Below, in pieces: positions 40,052 through 54,400 of a DNA stretch of 64,000 nucleotides; within the stretch, counting starts at the first letter, position 1; every line of letters starts with the position of its first letter. The translations under genes were made by a program, and so were the position numbers. Origin of the DNA: Felis catus (taxonomy: Eukaryota); contig NC_058383.1 of assembly GCF_018350175.1 (NCBI RefSeq), forward strand, positions 13,890,001 to 13,954,000, given 5' to 3'. The notes beneath the pieces were generated by a model. The model did no database searches and was not told where the DNA came from. It worked only from the letters and a program-made list of their open reading frames with translations.

Positions 40052-42087
40052 GTCGGGAAGGCGTTTTCAAGGACCTTGTTGAGTTAAGGAAATGAAGCCC
40101 CCATTTCAGCCAGGTTTCGCTGCAGCCTCCACTCCCGGGTTTCCCCCAACCCCCCTCACCTCTGGGAGGCCTGTAAAATATGGCCTCTACCCATGAGAAT
40201 TGCCACTGGGTGGGAGAGGTGTTGCCATCTACTTCCTGGCGTCCTGCTAAGGGCCCAGCGATGGGGCCTCCCCATCCCTCCTGGGCTGTGCCTGAGGGCA
40301 GAGGGGCGAATGGGGAAGGACGACGGATTTGACCTGGGTCCGCCGCTGCCTCCCCACAGGCCTCGGTTTCCGCATCTCGAAAATGGGAAGGAGGCAGGAG
40401 ATGGGACGTCCAACAATTTCTCTTTCAGTTCCGACAGGTTATGTTTCTGTGGTGGGGTAGAATTTTATTTGCTAATGGTCAAGGGAGGAAAGAAATGCCA
40501 AGATAAAAACCAGGAAAAATCACGTGAAGGAGACCGAAAGCCAAACCCAGAGAGGCCTTCCTTGGGGGCCCGAGACCAAGGGTCTCGTGTGCTGGGACTT
40601 TGCACTCTGTCCTGTGAGCAGCAGAGCACTACCGAACTTGCTGTTAAAAGCAACATCTCCGGGAGATTTGTCTGGTGGCAGTGGGGACAGATTCCACTAA
40701 GAAATGACGCCACAGCCCCGAACGCCCCAGGAGTTCTATTTCTGGCTTCGGCCCGGAGCCTGAGGGGGAGCGGCCTCCGTTCCCCTCTCCAGAGACCCAG
40801 GGGAGGCCCCCACAGGGGCTTTGGGACACTGTGCATCTGTGGTCCCCCCCAAGGGTCGCTCATGCCTTTACCCTGTCTCCTGGTCTCCTCGCCTACACCC
40901 CCGGGGGCCCAGAAGCTGCCCCAAACCACCTTAAATCTCCCCGTCCCGACTCAGAGCCTCAGCACGGCCCTGTGCCCTGGACCTGGGCAGGGACTTCCTC
41001 TGCCTCTGCTTACTCCCCTCAGGTCCTCTGCTGCTCAGTGTCCCCTCCGTTCAGCCCCACGTTCATCGTCCCCTGGTCCTCTGGTCCCTGGTGGCACAAC
41101 GCCCTTTTTCCACCTGCTCTTGCCTGGGCTTTCCCTTCTCCCTCCTGCTCGCCCGGAGGAGCTGGGGTGGGGGGACCCTGCTGGCCCGAAGGCGGCAAGG
41201 TGACCTTGCTCTGAGAATCGCTCCCTGCCCCTCCACCAAGCCCCAAACTCCTGGGGACAAAGCTTTGTTCACTGCTCCCCATTGGGTCCCTGCAGGCTTC
41301 CCGCCCACCTGCCTTCTGGCCAACACGCTTATGGTCGCTCCCTGGGCTCTTCGGTCATCAATGGCTCAGCTCCTCCCGACTCCCGTCACACGCTGCCCCT
41401 CGTGGCGGTCACTCCCTGCACAGCCCCCCCCCCCCCCACCACCACCACAGGCCTATGCTGCCCACCCTTGCCCACCTCCCCCGCCTGGGTCCTCTTTCCC
41501 CACTGCCCTCCTGCCCGTGTGCTCTCTCCCCTCCCACTCACTGGAACCGCTTGGCACTGGAACCGTGGTTAGACACGGCTCTGGCCCCTCCAGGCCGGGC
41601 CACCCAGGCCACAGGCGGGGAGCGAGAATCACAAAAACAAGCTGCAGTCAGTGATTTCGAGTGGGCCCTCCTCCTGCCACCAGATGTCCTGCTCCCCCCC
41701 CCCCCGCCACGGCCCCCAAATGACTGTCATGCCCGAGGGGTCAGGGTTGACCATCTAAGACAGATTCCTGCAGTCTGGCCTTCTGGAAGAGGAGTTCGCC
41801 TCCGGTGATGCTCCCTGGCAGCCAGCCTAAGTGCCCAAAGCCACCCGTCGCCGGCACGGCAAGGCACAGACCTGTCTCCCAGGGAAGGACTGAGACCCTC
41901 TCCCCAAATCAGGAAAACTCAGCTGGAGCCGTGGTTCCGTCACATCACATGCCGTTGTATCCTGGCCTCTGTCGACCCCAGGAAGGAGCTTAAAATGCCC
42001 ACTGCCCAAGGTCAGGATCTCTTTTCCGGAGACTCACCCTGCCTGTATCATTGCTGGACTCAGGCAAGAGAGGCCCTTTACCTGGAT

Positions 42088-42119
<32 letters not shown>

Positions 42120-42584
42120 AATCAAAGGGCATGTGGCCAGCTCTGTCACCAGGAGCTGGCTGCAGCTGGCACCGTGGGACTACCCTCACCATCCTCTCAG
42201 GACACACAACCCCGGCCCCAGGGACCTGTGCTCCACACCCCTTGTCCTGTGTCCTCAGGACAAAAGGCCGCTGCTTCCGAATGCCATAAAGGCTGTGGAT
42301 TGCCCCGTGCCAGCCCTGAAGACAGAGAGCAGGGAGGATTTGGGTGGTGGGCACACTGGGAGAAAAGAAGAAACCTATTCAATGAATGTGTCCAACCCTC
42401 CCTCCCAAGATGGCATCGACACATAGATTCTTGTGGAATGCGGTGTTGTTTCCTGGAGCTGGGCTGCCACGGGCTCCCTTTCCTGGGTTTTCTGATTCAT
42501 GGTTGGCGACGTGTTCGCGAGCTGGCAAGATACTCACAACGTTGTGCATGCGGAATGGAGGAAGATTTTGCAATAATAGTTATT

Positions 42585-42663
42585 AGTCTCATGTTTGTAT
42601 TTTTATTTGAGAAAGAGAGTGCATGCACGTGGGGGAGGGGCAGAGGGAGAGAGAGAGAGGGGG

Positions 42664-42699
<36 letters not shown>

Positions 42700-42821
42700 C
42701 TCAAGCAGGCTCCATGCTCAGTACGGACTGTGACACAGGGCTCTAGCCTACAGCCTGGGGATCACGACCTGAGCGGAAATCAAGAGCCGGATGCTTATCC
42801 GACTAAGCCACCCAGGTGCCC
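42585..42821 (-). mobile_element. Can-SINE
   Basis: (GA)n and head cccaggtgccc. Confidence 0.88.
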
Positions 42822-43202
42822 ACCTGTGTGCATTCCCACCAACGGTTCGTGAGGGTTCTTAATACTCTTTACTCTTAATACTCTATATACGGAAGACCAG
42901 ATGTAACGAGGATAAAGGATAATACCGATTCCTTCCCCTGAAAACAAACACTAGAATGGCTAGTTGTTATATTTGTATAAAATATTTAATAGTATTTAAA
43001 ATCTCAAAACGATGTCACCAAATAAAACGACATGATTTAGATAACTTTTATATAATATACAACTTTGATATTCACTAATTGTCACTTACACATTGACTTT
43101 TATTTAGAGATAGATTTGAGTATTTAGAAGTAATTGAAAAGATGCAAAATACATTTTAATCTTTAAATGTTTCCTCTCTTAGCGGAAATATTTTGTATGT
43201 TT

Positions 43203-43422
43203 AAAAAAAATTTTTTTTAACATTTATTTATTTTTGAGACAGAGAGAGACAGAGCATGAATGGCGGAGGGGCAGAGAGAGAGGGAGACACAGAATCGGAA
43301 GCAGGCTCCAGGCTCTGAGCCATCAGCCCAGAGCCCGACGCGGGGCTCGAACTCACGGACCGTGAGATCGTGACCTGAGCTGAAGTCGGACGCTCAACCG
43401 ACTGAGCCACCCAGGTGCCCCT
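43203..43422 (-). mobile_element. Can-SINE with TSD
   Basis: TSD attttgtatgttt. Confidence 0.92.
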
Positions 43423-43472
43423 CATTTTGTATGTTTTAAATAAAATTGCATTTATTTTTTTAATCCTTTAGG

Positions 43473-43892
43473 TCAAGGGGGTCAGTGTACTTTTTCCGGA
43501 AAGGAGCAATATACTTTTTTTTTTAATTTTTATTTATTTTTGATGAGAAAAAAAGAGCCTGAGTGGGGAGGGAGGGGCAGAGACGGAGGCTCCATGCTGA
43601 CAACGGAGAGCCCGACGTGGGGCTCGATCCCACGAACCATGAGATCATGACATGAGCTGATATCAGGAGTCAGACACTTAACCAACTGAGCCACCCGGGC
43701 ACCCCCAGATAGTAAATATTTTAGGCTTCATGAAATTTTAGATCTTTGTTACCACCACTCAACTCAGCTACTGTAGGGGGAAAGCATTCGTGGACAATAT
43801 CGAAATTAACTGGCTGACTGAATTATAGTAAAACTTTACAAAACAGAGGGTGGGCCAGATTTGGCCCACGGGCCATGGTTCCCTGATCCCTG
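43473..43892. mobile_element. MER58A-like hAT-Charlie element interrupted by antisense Can-SINE (43515-43706)
   Basis: agatagtaaatattttaggctt...actcaactc...gggccagatttggcccacgggccat...gatccctg, typical of MER58. Confidence 0.75.
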
Positions 43893-44704
43893 CACTTGAC
43901 CAAGTCACCCTCATAGTATACATAGAAGATGCAGACATGGAACTCATGAAGGAAAAAATAAATCGGGCCAGAAAAGAAAGCGGAAACTATTCAAAGAAAG
44001 GTTGCTTAACTTTCAAAGGCTGAGAAAGCACCAAAGAGCAGAATTCTACCAAGCGCGATCTCTATGCAATTTGCGTACAAAATGTTAGATACTGTTCAAA
44101 TTGAAATGTTTAATGAGATCATTGTAGGTTAGCACGTACAGAGAGGTCCCATACTCATTCTGGCCAGTTTCCCTCAGTATAATACATATAATATATCATA
44201 TATATATATGCATATATAATATACAAAGCTATATTGTATACAAAATCACAACCAAGATATTGACACCAATGCAACCCATCAATCCTGCTCATAATTCCCC
44301 ATTTTTGCCACACTCTCTTGTGCATGTGACACATGACATGTGGTCATATGGCAGCTGCATTGTAGTTTTTCAAGAAAGTGCCAAACTGGGTATCTGTACC
44401 ATTTTACGTTCCTACAAGCACTGGATGAGTGATTCAGTTTTTACACATCTTCCCTGGCATTTGATGTTACTATTTTTTTGTGTATTTTAGCCATTCTGCT
44501 GCTATCTAGTCACTGTCGCTTTAATTTGCATTTCCCTAATGGCTAATATTAATGTCAGATGTTAATCCCTAGCTAATCCCTAATACTGAACATAATTTTT
44601 TCCAGTTCTAGCCAGGCATGCTTGCCATCAGGTTGTACAATATGATGGTGTTCTTTAAGGGTGTACAACATGATGATTTAATATCTGTATACTTTGTGAC
44701 ATGG

Positions 44705-44800
44705 CTAGGTCATGTTAATCAAGTTAATCGATACTGACTAGGTCATGTTAATCAAGTTAATCGATACTGACTAGGTCATGTTAATCAAGTTAATCAATAC
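44705..44800. repeat. 33-bp minisatellite x ~2.9 inside L1-derived sequence
   Basis: Unit ctaggtcatgttaatcaagttaatcgatactga at 44705, 44738 and 44771. Confidence 0.92.
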
Positions 44801-45794
44801 ATGCATCACCTTTTCTGTGTGTGTGGTTAAGAACACTTCAGATGTATTCTGTTACAAAATTTCAAGCATATAGTACGATATTAACTGGTCGGATCACCTG
44901 CTGACCATTAGGTCCTCAAAAATGTATTCTTCTTATAACTGAAAGTTTGTACTCATGTCCCCATATCTTGAACCCCCTATCTCCTGACCTCTCTACCCTC
45001 TGGTTCTATGGATTGCACATCTTTTTATGTCCTTAGGCGATATTTACCCAGTAAAATATCTCTTCATGTCTTTTGTCCATTTTCCAATATATATATATTT
45101 TTTACTGTTGAATGTCGAGAGTTCTTTTTTTCTTTTTTTTAATGTTTATTTATTTTGGAGAGAAAGGAACAGAGTGTGAGCAGGGGAGAAGCAGAGAGAG
45201 AGGGAGACACAAAATCCGAAGCAGGCTCCAGGCTCTGAGCTGTCAGCCCAGAGCCCGATGCGGGACTCAGACTCGCAAACCGCGAGATCACGACCTGAGC
45301 GGAAGTTGGACGCTTAACCAGCTGAGCCACCCAGGCACCCTGAAAGTTCTTTTTGCCAGATATGTGGTTTGCAAATATTTTCTCTCAGTCCGCAGGTTGG
45401 TTTTTCATTTCCTTCACATGGGCTTTCGCAGAGCCAAAGTTTTAATTTTGATAAGATCCAGTTTATTCCTTTCGATGTCAGTTTATTCCAGTTTGTTCCT
45501 TTCGATGTCAGTTCTGAGAACTCTGCTTAGCTTTAGATAACAAAGATTTTACTCCCACTTTTTTTCTAATAGTCTAAAGTCTGTGATCCATTTTGGGTTG
45601 GTTTTCCATACAAGGTGTGAGGTTCAGGTTGGAATTTTTTTTTGCTTCTGGATGTCGACTTGATCCAACACCGTTTGTTGAAAAGGCTTGTCCTTTCATC
45701 AAATTGATCTTGTACCTTTGTCAAAAATTAGTTGAGCGTATTTCTGGGTCCTCTATTCTGTGTTTTGAGTCCATGTGTCTATCCCTCTACACTT

Positions 45795-48700
45795 TCATTT
45801 TTAAATTATTTTTTTTTTAATTTTTTTTTCAACGTTTATTTATTTTTGGGACAGAGAGAGACAGAGCATGAACGGGGGAGGGGCAGAGAGAGAGGGAGAC
45901 ACAGAATCGGAAACAGGCTCCAGGCTCTGAGCCATCAGCCCAGAGCCCGACGCGGGGCTCGAACTCACGGACCGCGAGATCGTGACCTGGCTGAAGTCGG
46001 ACGCTTAACCGACTGCGCCACCCAGGCGCCCCTAAATTATTTTTTTTAATTTTCACCATGATAAGTGTATTCTTTAATCCCCATCACCTATTTCCTCCCA
46101 TCCCCCCACGCACCTTCCCTCTGGTAACCATCAGTTGTCCTCTATAGTTAAGAGTCTATTTCTTGGTTTCTCTCTCTTTTTTCCTTTGTTCATTTGTTTT
46201 GTTTCTCAAATTCCACATATGAGTGAAATCATATGGTGTCTGTCTTTCTCTGACTTATTTTGTAATCTCTAGCTCTATCCACGTCATTGCAAATGGCAAG
46301 ATTTCATTCCTTTTCATGGCTGAATAACATTCCGTTTGTATGTATACACACATCTCTATCCATTCATCAGTTGATGGGCACATGGGCTGCTTCCATAATT
46401 TGGCTATTGCAAATAATGCTGCTATAAACATAGGGGTGCATGTATCCATTTGAATTAGTGTTCTTGTATCTGGGGGGTAAATCCCCAGTAGTGTGATTAC
46501 TGGATCAAAGGGTAGTTCTACTTTTTTTTTTTTTTTTTGAGAGAGAGAGAGAGAGAGTGCTTGTGTGCACACAAGTTGGGGAGGGTCAGAAGGAGAGGGA
46601 GAGAGAGAATCTTAAACAGGTACCACAGCGCAGAGCCCTATGTGGGGCTCGATCTCACAACTGTGAGATCATGACCTGAGCCAAAATCAAAAGTCATAGG
46701 CTTAACCAACTGAGCTACACAGACGCCCCTGGGGTAGCTCTATATTTAATATTTTGAGGACCCTCCACACTGTTTTCCACGGTGGCTGCACCAGTGTGCA
46801 TTCCCACCAACGGTTCGTGAGGGTTCCTTTTTCTCCACATCCTCACCAACACCTGTTTTTTTTGGTGCATTTCTTGTGGTTTTGATTGTAAGCATTCTGA
46901 CAGGCGTGAGGTGGTATCTCATTGTAGTTTTGATTTGCCTTTCCCTGATGATAAGGACGTCGAGCATCTTTTCATGTGTCTGTTGGCCATCTGGATATCT
47001 TCTTTGGAGAAACGTCTGTTCATACCTTCTGCCCATTTTTTATTGGATTATTTGTTTTGGGGGGGGTTGAATTTGGGGGAGGGTGTCAATTCTTTATATA
47101 TTTTGGATACTAACCTTTTATTTGGATATGTCATTTACAAATACCGTCTTAACTTCAGTAAGTTGCCTTTTAGTTTTGTTGATTATTTTCTTCCCTGTGC
47201 AGAAACTTTTTATGTTGATGTAGTCCCAATAGTCCCAATTTTTGGTTTTGCTTCCCTTGCCTCAGGAGACATATCTAGAAAAAAATTGCTATGGCCGATG
47301 CAAATCATGGTGTGCTCTCTTCAAGGATTTTTATGGTTTCACATCTCACGTTTAGGTCTTTAATCCGCTTTGAGTTTTATTTTTGTGCATGGTGGAAGAA
47401 AGTAGTCCAGTTTCATTCTTTTATATTATATTCTTTCATTCTTTTATCTGTCCAGTTTTCCCATTTGTCGTTCAGCACCATTTGTCAAAGGCACTTTTTC
47501 CTATTGTATAGTCTTTCCTCCTTTGTGGAAGATGAATTGACCATATAATTGTGTATTTATTTCTGGGTTTTCTATTCTACTTCCATTGATCTATGTGTCT
47601 GTTTTTTTTTTTTTTTCTAGTACTATGTTTTTTTGATTGCTACAGATTTGTAATAGAACTTCTAGTCTGGGAAGGTGATAACTCCAGTTTTGGTTTTCTT
47701 TTTCAAGATTACTTTGGCTACCTGAGTAGTACTTTGGTTTTTTGTGGTTCCACACAAATCGTAGGGTTGTTTGTTCTAGTTCAGTGAAAAATGCTCTTGG
47801 TATTTTGATAGGGATTGCATTATATCTGTAGACTGCTTTGGGTAGTGTAGACATTTTAATAATATTTGTTCTATCAACCCATGAGCATGAAATGTCTTTC
47901 CACTTTTTTCTATCATCTTGAATTTCTTTCGTCAGTGTTCTATAAAACTATAGTTTTCACAGTACAGGTCACCTACCTCTTTGGTTAAGTCTGTTGGTTA
48001 AGATTATTTATTTATTTATTTATTTATTGGTGCAAGTATAAATGGGATTGTTTCTTTTTATTTTTAATGTTTAGTTTTGAGAGAGACAGAGACAGAATGT
48101 GAGTGGGTTGGGGCAGAGAGAGAGGGAGGCACAGAATCCGAAGCAGGCTCCAGGCTCCGAGCCGTCGGCACAGAGCCTGGCGCAGGGCTCGAACTCATGA
48201 GCCATGAGATCATGACCTGAGCCGAAGTCGGACACCCGATCGACTGAGCCACCCAGGCACCCCTGTTTCTTTCTTTTTTAAGTTTATTTCTTTTGAGAGA
48301 CAGAGACAGCACAAAGTGAGGGAGAGGCAGAGAGAAAGGGGAACAGAGAATCCCAAGCAGGCTCTGCACTGTCAGCCCAGAGTTGCAACTCGTGAAACCG
48401 AAACCGATCAGGACCTGAGCCGAAACCAGGAGTCGGACGCTTAACCGACCGAGCCGCCCAGGCGCCCGGAGGGATTGTTTCCTAAATTTCACTTTCTGCT
48501 ACTTCATTATTAGGGCCTGGGAATGCAATAGACTTCTGTACGTTGATTTTGTATCCTACGACTTTACTGAATTCATTTATCGATTTTAGGGATTTTTTGG
48601 TGGACTCGTTCGGGTTTTCTTTGTCACGTCATCTGTAAATAGTTTTTCTTCCTGACCAGTTTGGATGCCGTTTTTTCTTTGCTTGGCTAATTGCTGTGGC

Positions 48701-49747
48701 GAGGTCGTATGATACAATGGCCGAATAAAAGTGCTGAGAGCAGACTTCCTTGTCTTGTTCCTAACCTTACGGGAAAAGCTCACAGATTTTCACCACTAGT
48801 ATGATGTTGGCTGTGGGCTTTTCACATAAGGCTTTTCTCATGTTCCCCCCAGACCTACTCTGCAGCTTTTGGGCTTTTTGTCATGAATGGATGTACTTTG
48901 TTGAATGCTATTCCTCTATTGAAATGATCATATGGTTTTTTCCCTTTTCTTATTGACGTGATATATCATGTCGATTGTTTTGCAAATCCTGAACCACCCT
49001 CCCCTTGCATCCCGGGAATAACTCCCACTTAATTGTGGTGTATGATTTTTAAAATGTATTTTAATGTATTTAATGTTGGGTTTAGTTTGTTGAGGATTTT
49101 TGCATCTGTATTCCTGAGAGGTCTGGCCCGTAGTTCTCTTTTGTTGTGGTATATTTATCTGGTTTTGGTATCAGGGTGATCCTGGCCCTATGAATGAATG
49201 AATGAATGAATGAATGAATTTGGAAGTTTTCTTCCCTCTTCTTTTTGGAATAGTTTGAGAAGAATAGGTATTAACTCTTCTTTACATGTTTGGTAGAATT
49301 CACCTGCAAAGCTGTCTAGTTCTGGACTTTTGTTTTTTGAGAGTTTTGGTTGGTTTGTTTTATTACTGATTCAATTTCATTGCTGGTAATTGGTTCTGTT
49401 CAGATTTACTGTTTCTTCCTGCTTCAGTTTTGTAGGTTATATGTTTCTTCTAGGAATTTATCCATTTCTGCTAACTTGTCCAATTTGTTGGCATATAGGT
49501 TTTCATAATATTCTCTTACAATTGGTGATTGTAAGTTCAATGATTACAAATCATTGGTGATCTTGTTTATTTGGTTTCCCTCTCCCTTCTTTTTGATGAG
49601 TCTGTCTAAAGACAGACTTGTTGATCTTTTCAAAGAACCTCCTATCAGTTTCATTGATCTGTTCTTTTTTTAGGGTCTATATCATAGATCTCTGCTCTAA
49701 TCTATTACCTCTTCCTTTTGCTGGACTGGGTTTTGTTTGTTCTTTTT
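45795..49747 (-). mobile_element. 5'-truncated carnivore L1 (ORF2 3' half + 3' UTR, degraded) with TSD; contains SINEs ~45806-46033, 46522-46730, 48050-48263, 48265-48467
   Basis: TSD cctctacactt at ~45784 and ~49748. Minus-strand ORF2 peptides [58 protein letters not shown]. Confidence 0.9.
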
Positions 49748-50562
49748 CCTCTACACTTCCTTGATTATTGTAACTATTAATTGTAAGCTTTAATATAGAG
49801 TAGGGTAATTGCTTCACTTGGTTCTCTTTTGCTAAGATGGTTCAGTTATTCTAGGGCCTGTACTTTTCCATGTAAATTTTAGAATAAGTCTGTCTACAAA
49901 AAATATTGATGGGATTTTGATGGAAATTGCATCAAATCTATAGGGCAATTTGGGGGTCATTGACATCTTAGTTATGTCGAGGCTTACAATCCATGAACAC
50001 AGTATATCTCTCCGTTTATTTAAACTTTTTAAAAAACTTCTTTCATCAGCATTCTGTAATGCTCAGCATACCAATTCTGTAACTTTTTGCTTAGTGTGCC
50101 CTAAGCATGTCATTTTTATTCAAATGATTATAAATGACACTGTGTTTTACATTTTGGTTTACATAGTTTCATTGTTAATATATAGAGATGTGACTGATTT
50201 TTATGAATTGATGTATCTTATGATCTTTCTGAGCTTACGTATTAATGCTAAAAGTTTTGTAGATTCCTTTAGACTTTCTATGTAGACAAACATAGCATCT
50301 GCAAATAGAGACAGATTTATTTCTTCCCTTCTGTCCGTATTCCTTTTATTTCTTTTTCTGGCTGTATCCAATGGCTAGAACTCCCAGTACTATGTTGAAT
50401 AAGAATGAAGAGAGTAGCCATTCTTGCTTTGCTCCCAGTCTTAGGGGGAAGAGAGGCTTTCACCATTAGGTAGTCTGAGAGCTGTAGAAAATTACTTTTT
50501 ATCAAGTTATCAAGATAATTCCTCCTTATTGCTAACTTGCCGAGCGCTTCTATCACACATTC

Positions 50563-50600
<38 letters not shown>

Positions 50601-51479
50601 AAAAATACATAGCGGGGCGCCTGGGTGGCTCAGTCGGTTAAGCCTCCGACTTCAGCTCAGGTCACGATCTCGCGATCGAGCCCCGCGTTGGGCTCTGGGC
50701 TGACGGCTCAGAGCCTGGAGCCTTCTTCCGATTCTGTGTCTCCCTCTCTCTCTGCTCCTCCCCCGTTCATGCTCTGTCTCTCTCTCTCTGTCTCAAAAAT
50801 AAATAAACGTTAAAAAAAATACACATAGCATAGCAATTATAATTTTATCCATTTTAGAGTATGAAATCCAGTGACGTTAGGTACATTTGCATCGTTGTGC
50901 AATCACCACCACTATTTCCAGAACATTTTCATTACCTTAAATAGGGACCCCATTCCCATGAAGCAGTTACTCCTCATTCTTTCCTCTCCTGAGAAATCAC
51001 AAATCCACCCTCTATCTGTATGGATTTGCCTGCTGTAGATGACTAATATTATTCCATCTGAATAATACAATATATGGTCTTTTGTGTCTGGCTTCTTTCA
51101 TTCAGTATAATGTTTCCAGGACTCATTCATGTTGCAGCATGTTTCTGTGCTTCGATTTCTTTTTTGGCTGAATGAGATTCTGATGTGTGGGTACAACACG
51201 TTTTGTTCATACACTGATGCACATTTGGGTTATTTCCACCTTTCGGCCATTAACACATACTGCTATGAACATTTGTGTGCACGTTTTTGCGTAAACACTC
51301 GCTTTCCATTTTTTTGAATCACGTGATAATTCTATGCTGATTTTTTTTTTTTTCCTCAAGAATCACCAGACTTTTTCCAAAGCAGCGCCACCAGGTCACA
51401 TTGCCACCATCAATGTAGAGTCCCAACATCTTTACAAACTTGTTATTTTCCTTTCGAAAGTTATTATTATGGGCATCCT

Positions 51480-54400
51480 AGTGGGATTGGAGTGGTTTCA
51501 AGGTGCTAGCCCGGACTAGTACAATGCAATCCACCAATACAACAGTGGATCCCATGATTATGGGGACCCTGGGTCTGGGGTGATGAGTAAGTTATGTGGG
51601 ATCCCATGTGGGTTAATTCGACGCTTCCTAGGTCTTCAGCCACTGGTGCTGTCTAAGTCCCTGTGGGCAGAAAGGGCAAACTCAGATCCAGAGTATGGGT
51701 CTTTTCCTGTTAGAATTATCTCTGCAGCTTAGATTAGATTAATCGAAGCAGTCAACTTGCATCCAAAGGCCAGTTGGTCTCCTAGAGGAATAGAGCCATC
51801 CAGAGGGCTGGCTTCGATCTGTTGCTGACAGATATTCAGTCCTGGTGAGCTCACACTGTAGGGCCCCTACATAGCCTCCATTTCTCCACCATGGCCACTC
51901 TGGTCGCTCTGGTCATGTACCTATTGTGTCGTATCTGGGGTCATCAATGATCAAAATTAGCTGATGTCAACTGGTCGTTTTGCCTCCTTGGTTGTTTAGT
52001 CCTTCTTCCATGGTAACTGCTCTCTGGTGGGTATTTTTAAAAAGATTTTATCTTACTTTATTTTGTTTTATTTTATTTTAAGAGACAGAGTGAGCGAGTA
52101 TGGGGAGAGGGGCAGAGAGAGGGAGAGAGAGAATCCCAAGCAGCCTCCACACTGAGTGTGGAGCTCTATCCCACAACCATGAGACCTGAGCTGAAATCAA
52201 GAGTTGGATGCTTAACCAACTGAACCACCGGGGCGCCCCAAAGATCTTATTTTTAAGTAATCTCTACACCCAACGTGGGGCTCCAACTTACAACCCTGAG
52301 ATCAAGAGTCACATGCTCTACCGACTGAGCCAGCCAGGCACCCCTCTGGTGGGTATTAACGTGAGTTACAAAGATCGTCACTTTTCATACCCACTCCCAT
52401 GTGACCATCCCATTCTTCCACCCTAGACTTCCTTATTCCCCATCTTTTTTCCTCATCTGTTTTCAGACCCCTGACCAGACAGCCAGGCCATTTGCCCCCA
52501 CCCACAAGTCATGGATTTGCTAACCTTGGGCCACTTCTCCTTCCACACTGAGTACATGATGAGGTGCCCTTCCCAAAGCTCTGCCCATCGAGAGAACTTT
52601 GTAGACTTTGTCCATTGAGAGGGAAGAGAAGTGAAGGGAAGGGAAGGGGAGGGAAGGGCAGGGCCACTGCCTTCCATTTTTGGTTTTGATCCACCTACCA
52701 AGCTGACCCCCCTACCCATCTGTAAATTCGGTTCAGGCTTTCATCCTCCGTCGGCTGTTCTTAAGGGAGGCTGTTGACCGCCATAAGTGTGAGCGGAGGT
52801 GGGGGGGCCTCTGGTGCAGTTCACTCACGTCTTCTGGTCTCGCTGGTTCCTATCCTGCATGCACCATTTGGATCTTACGGTGACGGCTGCTGGGCCCACG
52901 CTATCTATGGCTCAGGGGGGTCTGATAGAACCCAATCAATCGTGAAAATTTCTGAATGCTGGTCACTTGGTGCCCCATGGCCAGATGCTCTGTTTCTACG
53001 AGGGTGTAGCTGCCACTGAAGGCTTGACCTTGCTTCCACACTAGAGGTCCCCTCGCTGGGGCTCACCACAAGCTGCACAAGGCATATTTTCCCACCAGCG
53101 GTATTCCTAAGACTGTGTCTGCCAGACTCTATGTGCTCCAAAGGGCTCTCTGTGCCAGCCTGGGTTTGCTGGTCCTGCTTTCCTGCTCTGGGTCCTACTC
53201 AAAGCTGGAAGTCATTGGAAAACCCAGTATATGGGCCAGAGCAGTGTTTCTGAATGTGGATTTGTTGCCTCCAGCCCTAAACAGCCCCACGAGGCTTTAG
53301 GATTTATTGCTTGCGCTTGGGAGGTGCAAGATGCCATGAGTTGGGGGAATGGTATGGAAGTGTGGGGGCTAGGGGATGTCTCAGTATGCCCTGATCACTG
53401 GACCCTTAAAGAATTTTACTGATGAGGCAGACCTCTGAATCTTTGTAGGATTTATCTCCCATCCGCTGGACTGTATATGCTTTGTCTCCAGCATACCAGC
53501 CACTTGCTTATCTAGCTAGACTAACATAATATAATTACCAATGTCGTACATCAATACAAACTTGTGTTGGATATCCCAGATCTCTTTGGTAGACAGGATA
53601 ATCAACATGGCACCGTGGCAAAACTGTAAATGTCTGTTGTTGCCTGGTTCGTGTGAATGGGGACTCCTGCCGATCATCTTTTCCAGCTGGGACAGAAAAA
53701 AAGGCACCGGCCAAGTCAATATCAATAGCCACACACCATGAATGTAGGGCTGCTCTAGAAAGAACGCCACGTCAGGCACAGCAGCTGTCTGCTGGGGACT
53801 GCCTGGAGGAGTTTGTGGTAGCCTACAGTTGTCTTCCACACCCCTCTGGTTTCTGCAGGGACCAGCGTGGAGAACTAAACAGAGAAAATGAGGACCACTA
53901 TGCCTACATCCTTGAGATTCTGACATGTAAAACTAGTTTCTATCATTCCCATGGGATGCCATCTTATTATTATTTTTATTTACTATCTTGGCTGGGTGTT
54001 GAAAAAGGGAAGGAAGTCACATCGGAGACCTCCCCCACTTGGTCTTCCTCATATGAAGGGTACACCAAACATGTCAATCCCAATGACACATCTGAGGGCT
54101 AGAGAAGACCACCGAGTGGGTCCCTGGACCAGTGGATCCACTGTAAGCTGAGCCTTCGCCAGGAATCATCTATCCTCTGGCCACCATATACCCCTATTCT
54201 TACAAGAAGCCAGGCGTGATGCTGGCTATCGATGTCACCTCAAATCTAGTGTCTAATAGTCCTTTAAATGTTTAACTATTCCCCAACTCCAGGGCACAGT
54301 TATCCTGTGGCCCAAAGGGCCATAGGTCCCTTTGGAAAAAGGACTGGAGAGTCATTACCTGGTATATTTGCTGTGATGTCGTAGGAGTCTGCCTACTAGG

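Larger units (their letters stand above)
44100..51480 (-). mobile_element. Nested LINE-1 cluster: old L1M fragments hosting younger L1 and SINE insertions (SINEs ~45123-45341, 50614-50819)
   Basis: L1 3' UTR and ORF2-like antisense sequence throughout, e.g. ttttaatttgcatttccctaatggct and ctcccagtactatgttgaataag. Confidence 0.85.

Noticed and set aside
40193..41203. 336-aa + strand ORF downstream of AUTS2
   Set aside because: GC-rich low-complexity (P/G/L/S) translation, no recognisable domain or splice structure. Such ORFs are expected by chance at this GC content.
44705..44800. 33-bp direct repeats resembling a CRISPR array
   Set aside because: Head-to-tail units without unique spacers, inside mammalian L1 sequence. 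It is a minisatellite.
45457..45513. 30-bp tandem micro-duplication in L1 sequence
   Set aside because: Ordinary slippage event in a dead repeat.
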